From Squalus acanthias (lineage: Eukaryota): 64,000 bases of DNA. Location of the stretch: contig CM059432.1 in the NCBI GenBank assembly GCA_030390025.1, forward strand, positions 27,220,001 to 27,284,000. Reading direction: 5' to 3'. Both the position numbers and the translations under genes were made by a program. The notes below the pieces were generated by a model. The model did not search any database. It had not been told where the DNA came from and was given only the letters and a program-made list of their open reading frames with translations. This document shows, in pieces, positions 27,308 to 41,040 of the stretch; position 1 is the first letter of the stretch; each line of letters begins with the position of its first letter.

Positions 27308-28336
27308 GGTGGTGCTCCAAGGCCTGGTGGCATTGGCTGGGTCCTGAGGATTGCCATGTTATGCAGCATGCAGCACACAACTACGATGTTGGAAACTCGC
27401 TCAGGCGAGTACTGCAGGGCTCCTCCAGAATGGTCGAGACAGCGGAACCGTTGCTTGAGCACGCCGATTGTGTGCTCCACGATGTTCCTGGTAGCTTGAT
27501 GGCTCTCGTTGTACCGCAGCTCAGCAGGGGTGTTGGGCGTACGGAGCGGTGTCATCAGCCAGGTGCTCAGTGGATACCCCTTGTCCCCGAGAAGCCAACC
27601 AACTGGCTGATGCGGTGCCTCAAAGTTCTGCCACAGTAGTCTGGCGCAGGATGAAAGCATCGTGGCAGCTGCCAGGATAGTGGGCATTGACAGCGAGTAT
27701 CAGCTGTCTGTGGTCACAGACCAACTGAACATTCAAGGAATGGAACCCCTTTCTGTTCCGGAAATCCTCGGCATTCTCATGCGGAGCACGCAAAGCCACA
27801 TGCGTGCAGTCAATGGCGCCCTGCACCATGGGGAAGCCCGCTATCCTCGCAAAGCCCAGAGCGCGTTCTTGCTGCTTGTCTGGGGTCATGGGGAAAGAGA
27901 TGAACTCTCGTCTCCTTTTAAAGAGGGCATTTGTGACCTTCCTGATGCAGCAATGCACCGCGAACTGGGAGATATTGGCGATGTCCCCAACAGCAGATTG
28001 AAATGAGCCAGTAGCATAAAAGTTCAGAGCCACTGTGACCTTCACTGCCACCGACCGAGACGTCCTGGACCTCAGTTGAGGCTGCAGATCTGGCTGCAGC
28101 AGGTGGCAGAGCTCAGTGACCACCTCCTTGCTGAAGCGCAGCCTTCGCAGACACTGCTCATCAGACATATGAATGTAGGAGAGCTGTTCACGATATACCC
28201 TGAGAGGGTAAGCTCTCCTGTACAGACGCCTGTTGGCCCTCCTCCGTCTGGCCATCATTGCCACTCTCTCTCTGCGTCTCTGTCTCCTCCGATTCAGCTG
28301 GCGCAGGACGACGCCCCCCATCAGTGCAGCCCCCAT
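27178..28336 (-). pseudogene. Harbinger (HARBI1-like) DDE transposase, one frameshift near 27630
   Basis: [40 protein letters not shown] and [15 protein letters not shown] across ORFs 27620-28348 and 27178-27687. Confidence 0.92.
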
Positions 28337-29007
28337 ATCTCTTAGCAAGCAAAGTTATGAAGGCCAGAAACCAAAGTACCAGCGAAGTTAGGATGAGTAG
28401 CCAAAACTACCTCACACAGCGTTGACTCAATGCAGAAGTCTCTCTTTCTCTCTCTCCGAATCTCTCTCTCTCTCTCTCTCAGAACGAGTGGTGCAAAAAT
28501 GTCAACCACAGAGAAAGACAGGAAGAGGCCCCCTTTAAATAGCGCCCCCCCCCCCCAGCCCCACAGCGATTGTTCGCGTTCCACTCTTCCGGTCGTTGGA
28601 TGCGCCAGGCGGTAAGGATGGGGGCGCCACTGAAATTCTGCTCCGGGGCGCCACAAGGGCGTTGCACTCTCGTATGACGTCACAATCTGCGCGCGCAGGA
28701 GATCGCGGCGATAAAGTTTAGCGCCGCCGCAAAATGTCTAGTTAAGTTCGCGAGCGGCGCAAACATCGCTGTGCCGGGCGCTAGCTGCTTTGCGCCCCAT
28801 TAGCGCCCTCTTAAGGTGCTAACGGGAGGCACAACCAACTGAATTTTTCCCCCATGGAGTTCTTGAAATTGTCAGAAATTCAAAAATACCAATTATTGAT
28901 GCGATTGTCTCATGACCAGAACTAGAGACTTTCACACAATTTACAACAACCAAAATTTCACTGTGGTCACAATAAAAGTCTGCTTTTCACACTTTAATAG
29001 GTTAGTT

Positions 29008-29965
29008 AACTCCATGTTTGAATCTCTCCAATCAGGTTTCCACCCCTGCCACAGTACCGAAACGGCTCTCATCAAAGTCACAAATGACATCCTTTGTGAC
29101 TGTGAAAAAGGTAAACTATCCCTCCTCGTCCTTCTTGACATGTCTGCAGCCTTTGACACGGTTCACTCCTCCATCCTTCTCCAACACCTCTCCACCGTCG
29201 TCCAGCTGGGTGGGACTGCACTCGCCTGGTTCCATTCTTATCTATCTAACCATATCCAGAGAATCACCTGCAACATGTTCTCTTCCAACCACATATCCGT
29301 GGCATAACTGAGACCGCCTATTTCCACCTCTGTAACATTGCCTGTCTCCGCCCTTGCCTCAGCTCATCCGCTGCTGAAACCCTCATTCATGTCTTTGTTA
29401 CCTCTGGACTTGACTGTTCCAACGCACTCCTGGTTGGCCTCCCACATTCTACCCTACATAACCTTGAGGTGATCCAAAACTCGACTGCCCGTGTCCTAAC
29501 TCGCATCAAGTCCTGTTCGCCCATCACCCCTGTGCTCGCTGACCTACACTGGCTCCCGGTTAAGCAAGCCCAATTTCAAAATTCTCATCCTTGTTTTCAA
29601 ATCCCTCCATAGCCTCGCCCCTCCCTATCGCTGTAATCGCCTTCAGCCCCACAACCCCTCGAGATATCTGCACTCCTCTAATTCTGCCCTCTTGAACATC
29701 CCTGATTATAATCGCTCAACCATTGGTGGCTGTGCCTTCAGTGGCCTAGGCCCTTAGCTCTGGAATTCCCTGCCTAAACCTCTCCGCCTCGCTACCTCTC
29801 TTTCCTCCTTTAAGACGCTCCTTAAAACCTACCTCTTTGACCAAGCTTTTGGTCACCTGCCCTAATTTCTCCTTATGTGGCTCGGTGTCAAATTTTTTGT
29901 CTTATAATACTCCTGTGCAGTGCCTTGGGATGTTTTACTACGTTAAAGGTGCTATATAAATACAA
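29008..29965 (+). mobile_element. L2 LINE 3' fragment with internal deletion
   Basis: QSGFHPCHSTETALIKVTNDIL and LLDMSAAFDTV; L2-type 3' end GGTGCTATATAAATACAA. Confidence 0.85.
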
Positions 29966-30069
29966 AATAAAAACAGGAAATGCTGGAAATACTCAGCAGG
30001 TCAGGCAGCATCTGTGGAGAGAGAAACAGAGTTAATGTTTCAGGTCGATGACCCTTCGTCAGAACTGGG
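29964..30069 (-). mobile_element. Short Penelope-like pLTR fragment with hammerhead motif
   Basis: Minus strand CTGACGAAGGGTCATCGACCTGAAACATT; homologous to 11623-11732. Confidence 0.65.
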
Positions 30070-30217
30070 ATGCCTAAATTTTACCACAATACATCTTGAA
30101 AAAGAGGGAGGAGCCACAGCCAGTGACACAGAAACGTTCACACATGTTTTGTAAAGAAACATTAACATTTACACTGAAAACAAAAAATTTTTTTTAGAAC
30201 AGTAGAAAAGAGACATG

Positions 30218-31110
30218 GGGGGAAAAATTCAGTTGGTTGCGCCTCCCGTTAGCGCCTTAAGAGGGCGCTAATGGGGCGCAAAGCATCCAGCGCCCAGGCG
30301 CGGTGAAGTTTGCGCCGCTTGCGAAATTAACTAGACATTTTGCGGCGGCGCTAAACACTACCGCCACGATCTCCTGCGCCGGCAGATCATGACGTCACTC
30401 GAGTGCGCAACACCCCGGTATTGCCCCGGAGCGGATATTGAGTGGCGCCCCCTGCCTTACCGCCTGACGCTAGCAACGACAGGTTGAGGGGAGCGTTCTG
30501 CAGTCATGAAGGGAAAGGGGGAGCGCTATTTAAAGGTGACCGCTTCCTGCCTTTTATTGTTGGTGCCATTTTTGAACTACGCATTCTGAGAGAGCGAGGG
30601 AGAGACTTCTGGAGAGATTCAACGTTGTGTGAAGGAGTTTTGGGTACTGAGCAGCACTTTGCAGGTTCATTTTGATTTGCCATTCCTTGTATCGATTTAG
30701 CAGAGACTGTGGGAGCTGCACTCTGAGCTCTTTGCCTGGTACTCTCCATTGTTCTTTCCAGCACATTTGATGTGCAAGTCTCTCCAGGCCGAGATTCAAG
30801 GCTGCAATGAGCAGGATGTGGATGGAAAGCAAGATTAACCATCCCCTTTAAGAACTGGCCCGTGCCATTGTGTGTGTGTACCATTGCTGACTGACATTAC
30901 ATGAGCTTCGCCAGCGCTCTGAGGTAGCGCCTCGCTCCTCGGCCTTTGCGCCTTAAGACAGGTGTGAAGCGCCTGATATAGCGCTGCAATCACCTCCAGG
31001 GGTGATAAAAGTCAAGTTTGCAGTCGGTGGCGATAATTAGCGCAAGGCGCTAATATTTGCGCCCGGCCGATAATTGCGCCCCAAATGGGGCGATACTGAA
31101 TTTCTCCCCC
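30218..31110. mobile_element. Harbinger internal-deletion derivative (MITE)
   Basis: TIRs GGGGGAAAAATTCAGT / ACTGAATTTCTCCCCC, ATG TSD; inverted homologue of 41595-42471. Confidence 0.92.
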
Positions 31111-31591
31111 ATGATCTCTTTTCTCCTTTATTCCATCATAGACTAATTTATCCTTTCTCATTTAAACCAATTTTCAATTTCTGATGTTTTCTACTGAATC
31201 CTATTCTGTACTGAGTCAAAATCTCAAGCTCACAGTCGGGGTCCACACCCAAGCCTGTTACCTCCTGCACAACACTTTTCTCTGGTATATGGGAGGGGTG
31301 TAATGACATAAAGGAAAGGGAGAACGGAATGTTGAAAATCCAGTCAAGAGTTCCAATCATTTTCTCAGTTCACGCTTTGAAACTGCTATGACTGCCTCTC
31401 TCAACATTCCAACTCCCATTCCACAGCCCTTTAGCTTTCTTAGCTTTTAGCTTTTCACTGAACATCTTATCAGTTCTGAGACAGCCCATTCCTACAAAAT
31501 CTTCAAGTGTTTCTGAGCAAGCTTCTCCAATTGCTTTCATCTCTAACTGTTTCTGCATCAGTTTCTCATCCACGGCTTCCTTCACTGAATT

Positions 31592-34510
31592 AACAACATC
31601 AACAACAACAATTAGTATTTATATAGTGCCTTTAACGTAGTAAAATGTCCCAAGGTGCTGCACAGGAGTATTATAAGACAAAAAATTTGACACCGTGCCA
31701 CATAAGGAGAAATTAAGGCAGGTGACCAAAAGCTTGGTCAAAGAGGTAGGTTTTAAGGAGTGTCTTAAAGGAGGAAAGTGAGGTAGCAAGGTGGAGAGGT
31801 TTAGGCAGGGAATTCCAGAGCTTAGGGCCAAGGCAACAGAAGGCACAGCCACCAATGGTTGAACGATTATAATCAGGGATGCTCAAGAGGGCAGAATTAG
31901 AGGAGCGCAGATATCTCGGGGGGGTTGTGGGGCTGAAGGAGATTACAGAGTTAGGAAGGGGCGAGGCTATGGAGGGATTTGAAAACAAGGATGAGAATTT
32001 TGAAATCAAGGCGCTGCTTAACTGGGAGCCAATGTAGGTCAGTGAGCACAGGGGTGATAGGCCAATGGGACTTGGTGCGAGTTAGGACTTGGGCAACCGA
32101 GTTTTGGATGACCTCAAGTATACGTAGGGTAGAATGTGGGAGGCCAGCCAGGAATGCATTGGAATAGTCAAGTCTAGAGGGAACAAAGGCATGGATGAGG
32201 GTTTCAGCAGCGGATGAGCTGAGGCAAGGGCGGAGACGGGCGATGTTATGGAGGTGGAAGTAGGCGGTCTTTGTTTTGCTGCAGATATGTGGTCAGAAGC
32301 TCATTTCAGGGTCAAATATGACACCAAGGTTACGAACAGTGTGGTTCAGCCTCAGACAGATGTTAGGGAGATGGATGGAGTCAGTGGCTAGGGAACAGAG
32401 TTTGTGGCGGGGACCAAAAACAATGGCTTCGGTCTTCCCAATATTTAATTGGAGAAAATTTCTGCTCATCCAGAACTGGATGTCGGACAAGCAGTCTGAC
32501 AATTTAGAGACCATGGAGGGGTCGAGAAAAGAGGTAGTGAGGTAGAGCTGGGTGTCATCAGTGTACATGTGGAAACTGATGCTGTGTTTTTGGATGATGT
32601 CACCAAGGGGCAGCATGTAGATGAGAAATAGGAGGGGGCCAAGGATAGATCTTTGGGGTACACCAGAGGTAATGATGCGGGAGCGGGGAGAGAAGCCGTT
32701 GCAGGTGATTTTCCGGCTACAATTAGATAGATAAGAATGGAACCAGGCGAGTGCAGTCCCACCCAGCTGGACGACGGTGGAGAGGCGTTGGAGAAGGATG
32801 GAATGGTCAACCATGTCAAAGGCTGCAGACAAGTCAAGAAGGACAAGGAGGGATAGCTTATCTTTGTCACAGTCACAAAGAATGTCATTTGTGACTTTGA
32901 TGAGAGCCGTTTTGGTACTGTAGCAAGAGTGGAAACCTGACTGGAGGGATTCAAACATGGAATTGCGGGAAAGATGGGCCCGGTTTTGGGAGGCGACAAC
33001 ACATTCAAGGACTTTGAAGAGGAAAGGGAGGTTGGAGATGGGGCGGTAGTTTGCAAGGACGGAGGCGTCAAGGGTTGGTTTTTTGAGGAGAGTGGTGATG
33101 ACGGCAGATTTGAGGGAGAGGGGGACAGTACCTGAGGAGAGAGAACCGTTAACAATGTCAGTTAACATGGGAGCCAGAAAAGGAAGTTGGGTGGTTAGCA
33201 GTTTGGTGGAAACAGGGTCGACGGAGCAGGAGGTGAGTCTCATGTACATGGTGTGCATGGAGAGGTCATGAGGGGAGATCGGAGAGAAACTGGAGAAAGA
33301 TGTGAGCTCAGGGCTAGGGCAGGGGGGAACCTTAGAGGAAGTTTGGCCCAGTGGGCTAGGGGAAGGAAGGGAAGTGGCAGAGGGAGCAGAATGGATGGTC
33401 TCAATCTTAGAGACAAAGAAGTCCATGAGCTCCTCGCACTTGTTATCGGAGGTCAGGGTGGAGGAGACGGGAGAGGGGTTTTAAGAAGATGGTTAGCAGT
33501 GGAGAATAGAAGCTGGGGTTTATCTTTGCATTCCAGAATGATTCTGGAATAGTGAGCAATTTTGGCAGACGAGAGCAGGACCCGATAATGCTTTATGTGG
33601 TCCAGCCAGATCTGGCGGTGAATAGCTAAACCAGTTGTCCGCCATATCCGTTCGAGTCTGCGTCCTTTGGACTTAAGGGATCGAAGATGAGAGTGGTACC
33701 AGGGGTAACGGCCAGGGTGAGAGAGGGTAATTGATTTAATAGGGACTAGGGCATCAAAGGTGGTGGTGAGGGTGTGGCTGAGCAGAGCTGCAGAAATGTT
33801 ATGGTGAATGGAGGGCCAAATGTTGGACAGTTGGGATTTCATAAGTGCAGTTGTAAGAGAGCTGGGAGAGAGTTTTTTCCAGGGGTGGACACAGAAGGAA
33901 GTAGGGTTGTGGGGGGACGGGTGGAAGGGGGATGTGGGTGAAGAGCGATACGAGGAAGTGGTCAGAGATGGCCTTATCTGCGATCGACACGATATGAGTA
34001 GCGAGGCCACGAGAGATGGCAATGTTGAGGGAGTGGCCGTGAATATGGGTTGGGGAGTTTACATGGAGGGAGAGATTAAGGGAGGATAGGAGGCCACTGA
34101 ACACAGAGGAGAGAGAGCATGATGAATTGAGATGGAGGTTGAAATCACCAAGGATGAGAAGTCATTCGGTGCTGAGGGAGGAGAGCAGTGAAGATATCTC
34201 AGCAATAATATTTTTGTGGTACTTGGGTGGGCGGTAGAGAACAAGAATTTTAAATGAGAGGTGAGAGGGGTGGAATAAGGTGAGATGATCAAAGGAGGAG
34301 AAAGTGGCGGAGGAGTAGGGGGGCAGACCAAGGTGTGATTTGGTGATGAGTGCCACACCACCACCATGGCAGTCTGAGTGGGGCAAGTGGTGGAAGGTAT
34401 AGCCAGGCGGGGAGGCTTCATTTAAGGGTAAGGTGTCATCACCCCTCAACCAAGTTTCCGTCAGGGCCATGATGTCGATGCAATCATCCACGATAAGCTC
34501 ATGGATGGCG
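31592..34510 (-). mobile_element. L2 LINE ORF2 (APE endonuclease and RT), frameshifted, (TTG)n tail
   Basis: ORFs 34162-34491 (ALTETWL, GGGVA), 33799-34104 (SDHF) and 32293-33426 (NYRPISNLPFL, LDLSAAFD, YTDD). Confidence 0.92.
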
Positions 34511-34511
34511 T

Positions 34512-36525
34512 TAGACTCAAAAAGTGCTAAGCAATTTCAAGTGCTGTCTAATCGCTGGTCATCATTGCCAAAGGCTCTTTCCAGTTCTTAAAGGGGAGGT
34601 TCAATGATGCTGCAGAACCTCATTCTCAGCATTGCTGGTTCTGCAGCTGTCTCAGCGAGCAGCAGAAGGCCAAGGAGAAGGAACCGGACCACTGAAGGAG
34701 GTGTCATTATGGCAGATCAACGGCCCAGGGAGAGAGCTCGCAATTTCTGCAAGCAAGCATTGGAGGCATTGGGCTTCGCTGTGGAGAGACGGAAAGCGGT
34801 GCTCTACCCGGCAAGTGGCAGGAGCCCTTGCCACAAGTCTTCTGCGCCATGTGGAGGGAGGTTGCCCAGCAGGTCTCAGGCAGCACTGTAGTCCTCAGGA
34901 CCCACACAGAGTGCAGGAAGAAATTTAACAACCTCACTCGGGTGGTCAGGGTGAGTCAATGCTTCAACAAATGCTACATACCACCATCTGAACCTTAGTC
35001 TGCACCCACTGCCCAAAGCACCACACCCCAGCACTCACCCACCAACAATCTCCACCTACCAACACTCACACCTTGCACACAATGACAGCTATTCAACTAT
35101 GGCAGGCAAATCTCCCAAACATTTTGCTCCACACTCACTCACACACTTTCCTCTCTCTTGCAGGCCAAGGTCGTTCACAACAGGAGGGAGCAGGAGCTCA
35201 CAGGCGGGGGACAACCTGCCACCCAACCACTTTCTGAAGTGGAGGAAAGAGTGCTGCAAATCACTGCGCGCCAGATGGTGGACGCCATGGCCACCGGTGA
35301 CATTGACCCCCTTGGGGACAACAATGGTATATTCATCCCTACTCCTTCTCACTTCCCCCTCACCCCACAAACCTTTCCCACTCTCCAGTTAATCATGCAG
35401 TATGCATACATTTCTCCCTTCCTGCCCCCCTCCCCTCACCTTAACCCGACTCTTGTGCCTTTATGCTTTCAGATAATGAGCAAGCAGCTGAGCAGCCTGT
35501 CCCTGAGAGTACCATAGAGAGCGAGGCGGAAGAAGAGGAGGAGGAAGAACACACTGCGTCACTGCATGTCTCACCCGCAGGCACCAGCTCAGATACTGGC
35601 ACTACGCATTCTTTAGAGGCTAGTATAGTAGCGGGATCTGAACAGAGTGATGCACCGGGGACGAGCAGGCTGCAGCAAGGCCAGGGGGAAAGGATAGCTC
35701 GGGGGCCAGCTCTCCGGAGGGGGAGTTCGCGTGCGAGTTCTGCCGCACAGGACTCAGATGAGGGCTTCAATGGGGAGGCCTTTAGAAGAAGGGTGATGGG
35801 CATGCACTCCGAGGTGATAGAGGCAATGGCAAGGGTGCCTGTCGGCAATGGTAAGGAGCGTGAAGGAGTCCGCCTCCAACATTGCACAGAGATCTGCGCA
35901 CACCATGGAGCCCATCATTTGCAGTCTGCAAAGGATGTTAGACTCCCAGAGAGACCGTGGCGACCCAGACCTCATGCCGCGTGTGATGGACGATGTTGCA
36001 GCTTCCATTGCAGCACAGGCGGAAGCGACGCAATGCCTTAGTGCTGTAATGCATTCTATGCTTGGCGGCTTCCAATCTCAGACTGCTCTCATGCAGTCTC
36101 AGCTTGATTTCACGTAAGCTCTGACTGCTGCCATCGTGGCTGGGTCGACCACCGGGGCTTTCACGGTGTCGCAGCAGGCCAGCAATCTGTGCTCCAGCAG
36201 ATTGCTAGGGATGCTGAGGTGCTGCCCCGGGGTGAGTGGCAGTGGGTCAGGGGAGCAGGAACCTGCTGTCCTCTCTCAGGATAAAAATGAGAAGTCGCAC
36301 AACACCAGGTTATAGTCCAACAGATTTATTTAAAATTACAAGCTTTCGGAGCTGTCGCCCCTTCGTCAGGTCAGTCCAACACCGGCATCTCCGCATCACT
36401 CTCTCAGGATGACAGCATTCCTTCTCCCACCACTGCCATTCCGCTATTGCCCTTGTTGCTGCCTGTCATCCAGCCAGCCCAGACTGCTGCTACCCATGCT
36501 GAGGTGGTGCAGTCTACAGCCGGGC
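34512..36525 (+). pseudogene. Decayed Harbinger Myb/SANT gene (related subfamily)
   Basis: MADQRPRERARNFCKQALE...CRKKFNNLTRVVR|GTGAG; same exon layout as 24534-26866; frameshifted and truncated by CR1. Confidence 0.8.
36283..36398 (-). mobile_element. Short Penelope pLTR insertion with hammerhead core (36339-36369)
   Basis: Reverse complement of 25285-25365; CTCTCTCAGGAT duplicated on both sides. Confidence 0.75.
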
Positions 36526-38460
36526 CCAGCCAAGGGAAACATTCTCCCAGCATCCATCCTATCAAATCCTGTAATAATTTTGTATGCTTCAATGAGATCC
36601 CCTCTCATTCTTCTGAATTCAAGAGAATACAGGCCTAGTTTACTCAATCTCTTCTCATACGACAGTCCCGCCATCCCAGGAATCAATTTTGTGAACCTTC
36701 GTTGCACTCCCTCTATGGCAAGTATATCCTTCCTTAGGTAAGGAGACCAAAATTGTATACAGTCCTCCAGGTGTGGTATCACCAAAGCCCTATATAATTG
36801 GAGTAAGACTTCTTTACTCCTGTACTCAAATCCTCTTGTAATGAAGGCCAGCATACCATTTGCCTTCCTAATGGCTTGCTTCACCTGCACATTCACTTTC
36901 AGTGACTCATGTACAAGGACACCCAGGTCCCTTTGAGCATCTGCATTCCCCAATCTTCCACCATTTAGGAAATACTCTGCCTTTTTGTTTTTTCTACCAA
37001 AGTGGATAACTTCACATTTATCCACATTATATTCCATCTGCCATGTTCTCGCCCACTCACTGAGCCTGTCGAGATCCCCTTGAAGCCTCTTCACATCCTC
37101 TTCACAACTGACACTGCCACCTAGCTTTGTATCATCAGCAAATTTGGAAATGTTACATTTAGTCCCTTCATCCAAATCATTGATATAGACTGTAAATAGC
37201 TGGGGCCCAAGCACCGATCCTTGCGGTACCCCACTAGTCACAGCCTGCCATCCTGAAAAAGTTTATTCCTACTCTTTGTTTTCTGTCTGTTAACCAATTC
37301 TCAATCCATACTAGTATATTACCCCCAATTCCATGTGCCCTAATTTTGTTCACCAACCTCTTGTGTGGGATCTTATCGTAGGCCTTCTGAAAATCCAGAT
37401 ACACCACATCTACCGGTTCCCCTTTATCTACTCCACTGGTTACATCCTCAAAGAACTCTAATAGGTTTGTCAAACAGGGTTTCCCTTTCATAAATCCATG
37501 TTCAGTCTGCCCAATCTTACTATTAGTTTCTAAGTGCCCAGTTATTGCATCCTTTATAATAGATTCCAGCATTTTCCCAACTACTGATGTGAGGGTAACA
37601 GGTCTGTAGTTCCCCGTTTTCTCTCTCCCTCCTTTCTTAAATAGCGGGGTTACATTTGCTATCCTCCAATCTGCAGGAACCGTTTCAGAATCTATAGAAT
37701 TTTGGAAGATGACAACCAATGCATCCACTATTCCAATGGCCACCTCTTTCAAAACCCTAGGATGTAGGTCATCCGGTCCTTGGAATTTGTCAACTTTTAG
37801 TCCCATTAATTTTGCTGGTACTTTTTTTTTACTAATAATAATTTCTTTAAGTTCCTCATTCTCGTCACATCCTTGGTTTTCTCTTCTTTCTGGGAGGTTT
37901 TTTGTGTCTTCCTCCGTGAAGACAGAAACAAAGTATTTATTTAATTTCTCCGCCATTTCCTCAGTCCCCATTATAAATTCTCCCGTCTCTGACTGTAAAG
38001 GACCTACATTTACCTTCACCAGTCTTTTCCTTTTCACATACCTATAGAAGCTTTTACAATCCATTTTTATATTTTTCGCTAGTTTGTGCTCATATTCCAT
38101 TTTCCCTTTCTTTATCAATTTCTTGGTCCCCTTTGCTGATTTCTAAAAAGATCCCAATCCTCAGGCTGACCACTTTTTCTGGCAACTTTATAAGCTTCCT
38201 GCTCTGACTTAATACTAGCTTTAATTTCTTTTGTTAGCCATGGTTGGATCACTTTTCCTTTTGGGTTTTTATGCCCTAGAGGAATATATGTTTGTTGCAA
38301 ATTATGCATTATTTCCTTGAATGTTAGCCATTGTATGTCCACCTTCATACCTTTTAGTGTAGTCTCCCAATCTACCATGGCCAACTTGTCCCTCATAACC
38401 TTGTAGTTTCCTCTGTTTAGATTGAAGACCTTAGTTTCAGATTGGACTACATCACTCTCG
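36526..38460 (-). mobile_element. CR1 LINE ORF2 fragment
   Basis: ORFs 38115-38396, 37234-38118 (YLDFQKAYDK) and 36444-37241 (FADDTKL). Confidence 0.92.
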
Positions 38461-38715
38461 TGGGGTTGTGGGGCTGAAGGAGATTACAGAGATAGGGAGG
38501 GGCGAGGCCATGGAGGGATTTGAAAACAAGGATAAGAATTTTGAAATTGAGGTGCTGCTTAACCGGGAGCCAATGTAGGTCAGCGAGCCCAGGGGTGATG
38601 GGTGAACGGGACTTGGTGCGAGTTAGGACATGGGCAGCTGCGTTTTGGATGACCTCAAGTTTATGTAGGGTGGAATGTGGGAGGCCAGCCAGGAGTGCAC
38701 TGGAATAGTCAATTC
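38460..38715 (-). mobile_element. L2 fragment
   Basis: Highly similar to 31920-32175. Confidence 0.8.
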
Positions 38716-38734
38716 TACCACCAATTAAGCAAGG

Positions 38735-41040
38735 AGCATTGTATTAGAAGGCTCTGCTTCACCAAGGAGGTGGTCACACAACTCTGCCACCCCCTGCAAC
38801 CAGACCTCTAGCCTCAGATCAGGGTGACCACGGCTCTCTCAGTGGCAGTCAAGGTCACCGTTGCCCTCAATTTCTTCGCCAGCAGATCTTTCCAGTCTAC
38901 CACAGGAGACATAGCTAACATCTCACAGTTCGCCGTTCATCGATGCATCCAAGAGGTCACAGAGGCGCTCTACAGTTGGAGAAGGGACTATATTTCCTTC
39001 CCCATCACCAGAGAGAAGCAGGACAAGCGTACATGTGGCTTTGCTAGGATAGCGAGAATCCCCATGGTGCAGGGCACTATTGACTACACCAATGTTGCTT
39101 TGCGGGCACCTCATAACGATCCTGAGATTTTCCGTAAAGGCTACCGCTCACTTAATGTACAGTTGGTGTGCGACCACAGACAGAGAATCCTCAATGTGAA
39201 TGCCTGCTATCCTGGCAGCAGCCACGATGCCTTCATCCCGCGCCAGCCAGTGGCTGTAGCAAGGCTGGTGGAAGGCTGCTGAGTGTCCATGCGGGAGACT
39301 TCAGAGAGCCTTGCAGGATGCCCTCAATAGCTCTGGGTTTGGAAGGCCCAGCAGTAGACTACACCACCTCAGCATGGGCAGCAGAAGTCTGGGCTGGCTG
39401 GCTGGCTGGAAGACAGGCAGCAACAAGGGTAATGGCTGAGTGGCTGAGAGAGGACAGCAGTTCCTTCTCCACTGACCCACTGGCACTCCCCTGGGGAAGC
39501 ACCTCAGCATCCCTAGCAATCTGTTGGAGCACAGATTGCTGGCCTGATGCGACACCGTGAAAGCCCCGGTCATCTGTGGTCGACCCAGCCATGATGGCTG
39601 CAGTTTGCGTGGCATCAAGCTGAGACTTCAGTCTGAGATTGGATGCCACCAAGCATAGACTGCATTACAGCACTAAGACGTTTCGTCGCTTCCATCTGTG
39701 CTGCAATGGAAGCTGCCAGATCGCCCATCACACACAGCATCAGGTCTGGGTCACCACGGTCTCTCTGGGAGTCTACCATCCTTTGCAGACTGGAAATGAT
39801 GGTCTTCATGGTGTGCGCAGAGCCTGGTGCAATGTTGGAGGCGGACTCCTCCACGCTCCTTACCATTGCCGAGAGGCTCTCGGGCACCCTTGCCATTGCA
39901 CCTATCATCTCCGTGTGCATGCCCATCACCCTTCTTCTAAAGGTCTCCCCATCGAGGTCCTCATCTGAGTCCTGTGCTGCAGAACTCGCGTGCGAACTCG
40001 CCCTTCAGGGAGCTGGCCCCCGAGCTACCCTTTCCCCCTGGCCTTGCTGCAGCCCGCTCGTCCCCGGTGCTCACCCTGTGCAGATCCCACTACTATACTA
40101 GCCTCTAAAGAACGCGTAGTGCCAGTATCTGAGCTGGTGCCTGCGGGTGAGACGTGCAGTGACGCAGTGTGTTCTTCTTCCTCCTCTTCTCCCACCTCGC
40201 TCTCTATGGTGCCCTCAGGGACAGGCTGCTCAGCTGCTTGACAGCATAAAGGCACAAGAGTCAGGTTAAGGTGAGGGGAGGGGAGCATACAGCACTCTAT
40301 TTTCCAGCGCAGACAGTGGTTGAATGTCGACTTGCCCCCCGCCTGTGCATTCCTGCTCCCTCCTGTTGTGAGCCGCCTTGGCCTGCAAGAGAAAGAAAAG
40401 TGTGAGTGAGTGTGGAGCAATATGTTTGAGTGATGTGCCTGCCATAGTTGAATAGCTGTCATTGTGTGCAAGGTGTGAGTGTTGGTAGGTAGAGATTGTT
40501 GGTGGGTGAGTGCTGGGGATGTGGTGCTTTGGGCAGTGTGTGAATACTGTGGCATGTAGCATTTGTTGAAGCATTGACTCACCTTGACCACCCGAGTGAG
40601 GTCGTTAAATTTCTTCCTGCATTGTGTGTGGGTCCTGGGGACCAGAGTGCTGCCCAAGGCGTGCTGCGCTACCTCCCTCCACATGGTGCGAAAGACTTGC
40701 GGCGAGGGCCTCCTGCCACTTGTCGGGTAGAGCAACGCTCTCCGTCTCTCCAAAGTGAACATCAACATCTCCAATGCTTGATCGAAGAATTTGCGGGCTC
40801 TCTCCCTGGGGCGTGGATCTTTCATGAATACAGCTGTTTCAGTTCTCTGGCTCCTTCTCCTTGACCTGCTGCTGCTTGCTGAGGCAGCTGCACAGCCAAC
40901 AATGCTGAGAATGAGGTTCTGCAGCATCAATGAATCTCCCCTTAAGAACTGGAAAAAGCCTGTGGCAATCATGACTTGCGATTAGGCTGCACCTGATATT
41001 GGTCCACCCTTTGAGTGTACTCTTTTGATTGGTGCACACT
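38735..41040. mobile_element. Decayed Harbinger: transposase fragment (+, ~38735-39245) abutting a convergent Myb/SANT gene (-, ~39245-40830)
   Basis: ORF 38824-39282 (GTIDYTN, YPGSSHDAF); ORF 40025-40972 (RTHTQCRKKFNDLTRVVK). Confidence 0.8.

Larger units (their letters stand above)
24175..28853. mobile_element. Near full-length PIF/Harbinger DNA transposon (convergent Myb/SANT gene and DDE transposase)
   Basis: Perfect 16-bp TIR GGGGGAAAAATTCAGT / ACTGAATTTTTCCCCC; ATG TSD at 24172-24174 and 28854-28856; two convergent genes. Confidence 0.95.

Noticed and set aside
27178..28336. Host HARBI1 or NAIF1/MSANTD genes
   Set aside because: Enclosed by TIRs and TSD, multicopy in the window and disrupted, so transposon-encoded.
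31130..31590. Possible host exon (71-aa minus-strand ORF)
   Set aside because: No recognisable domain or convincing splice pair.
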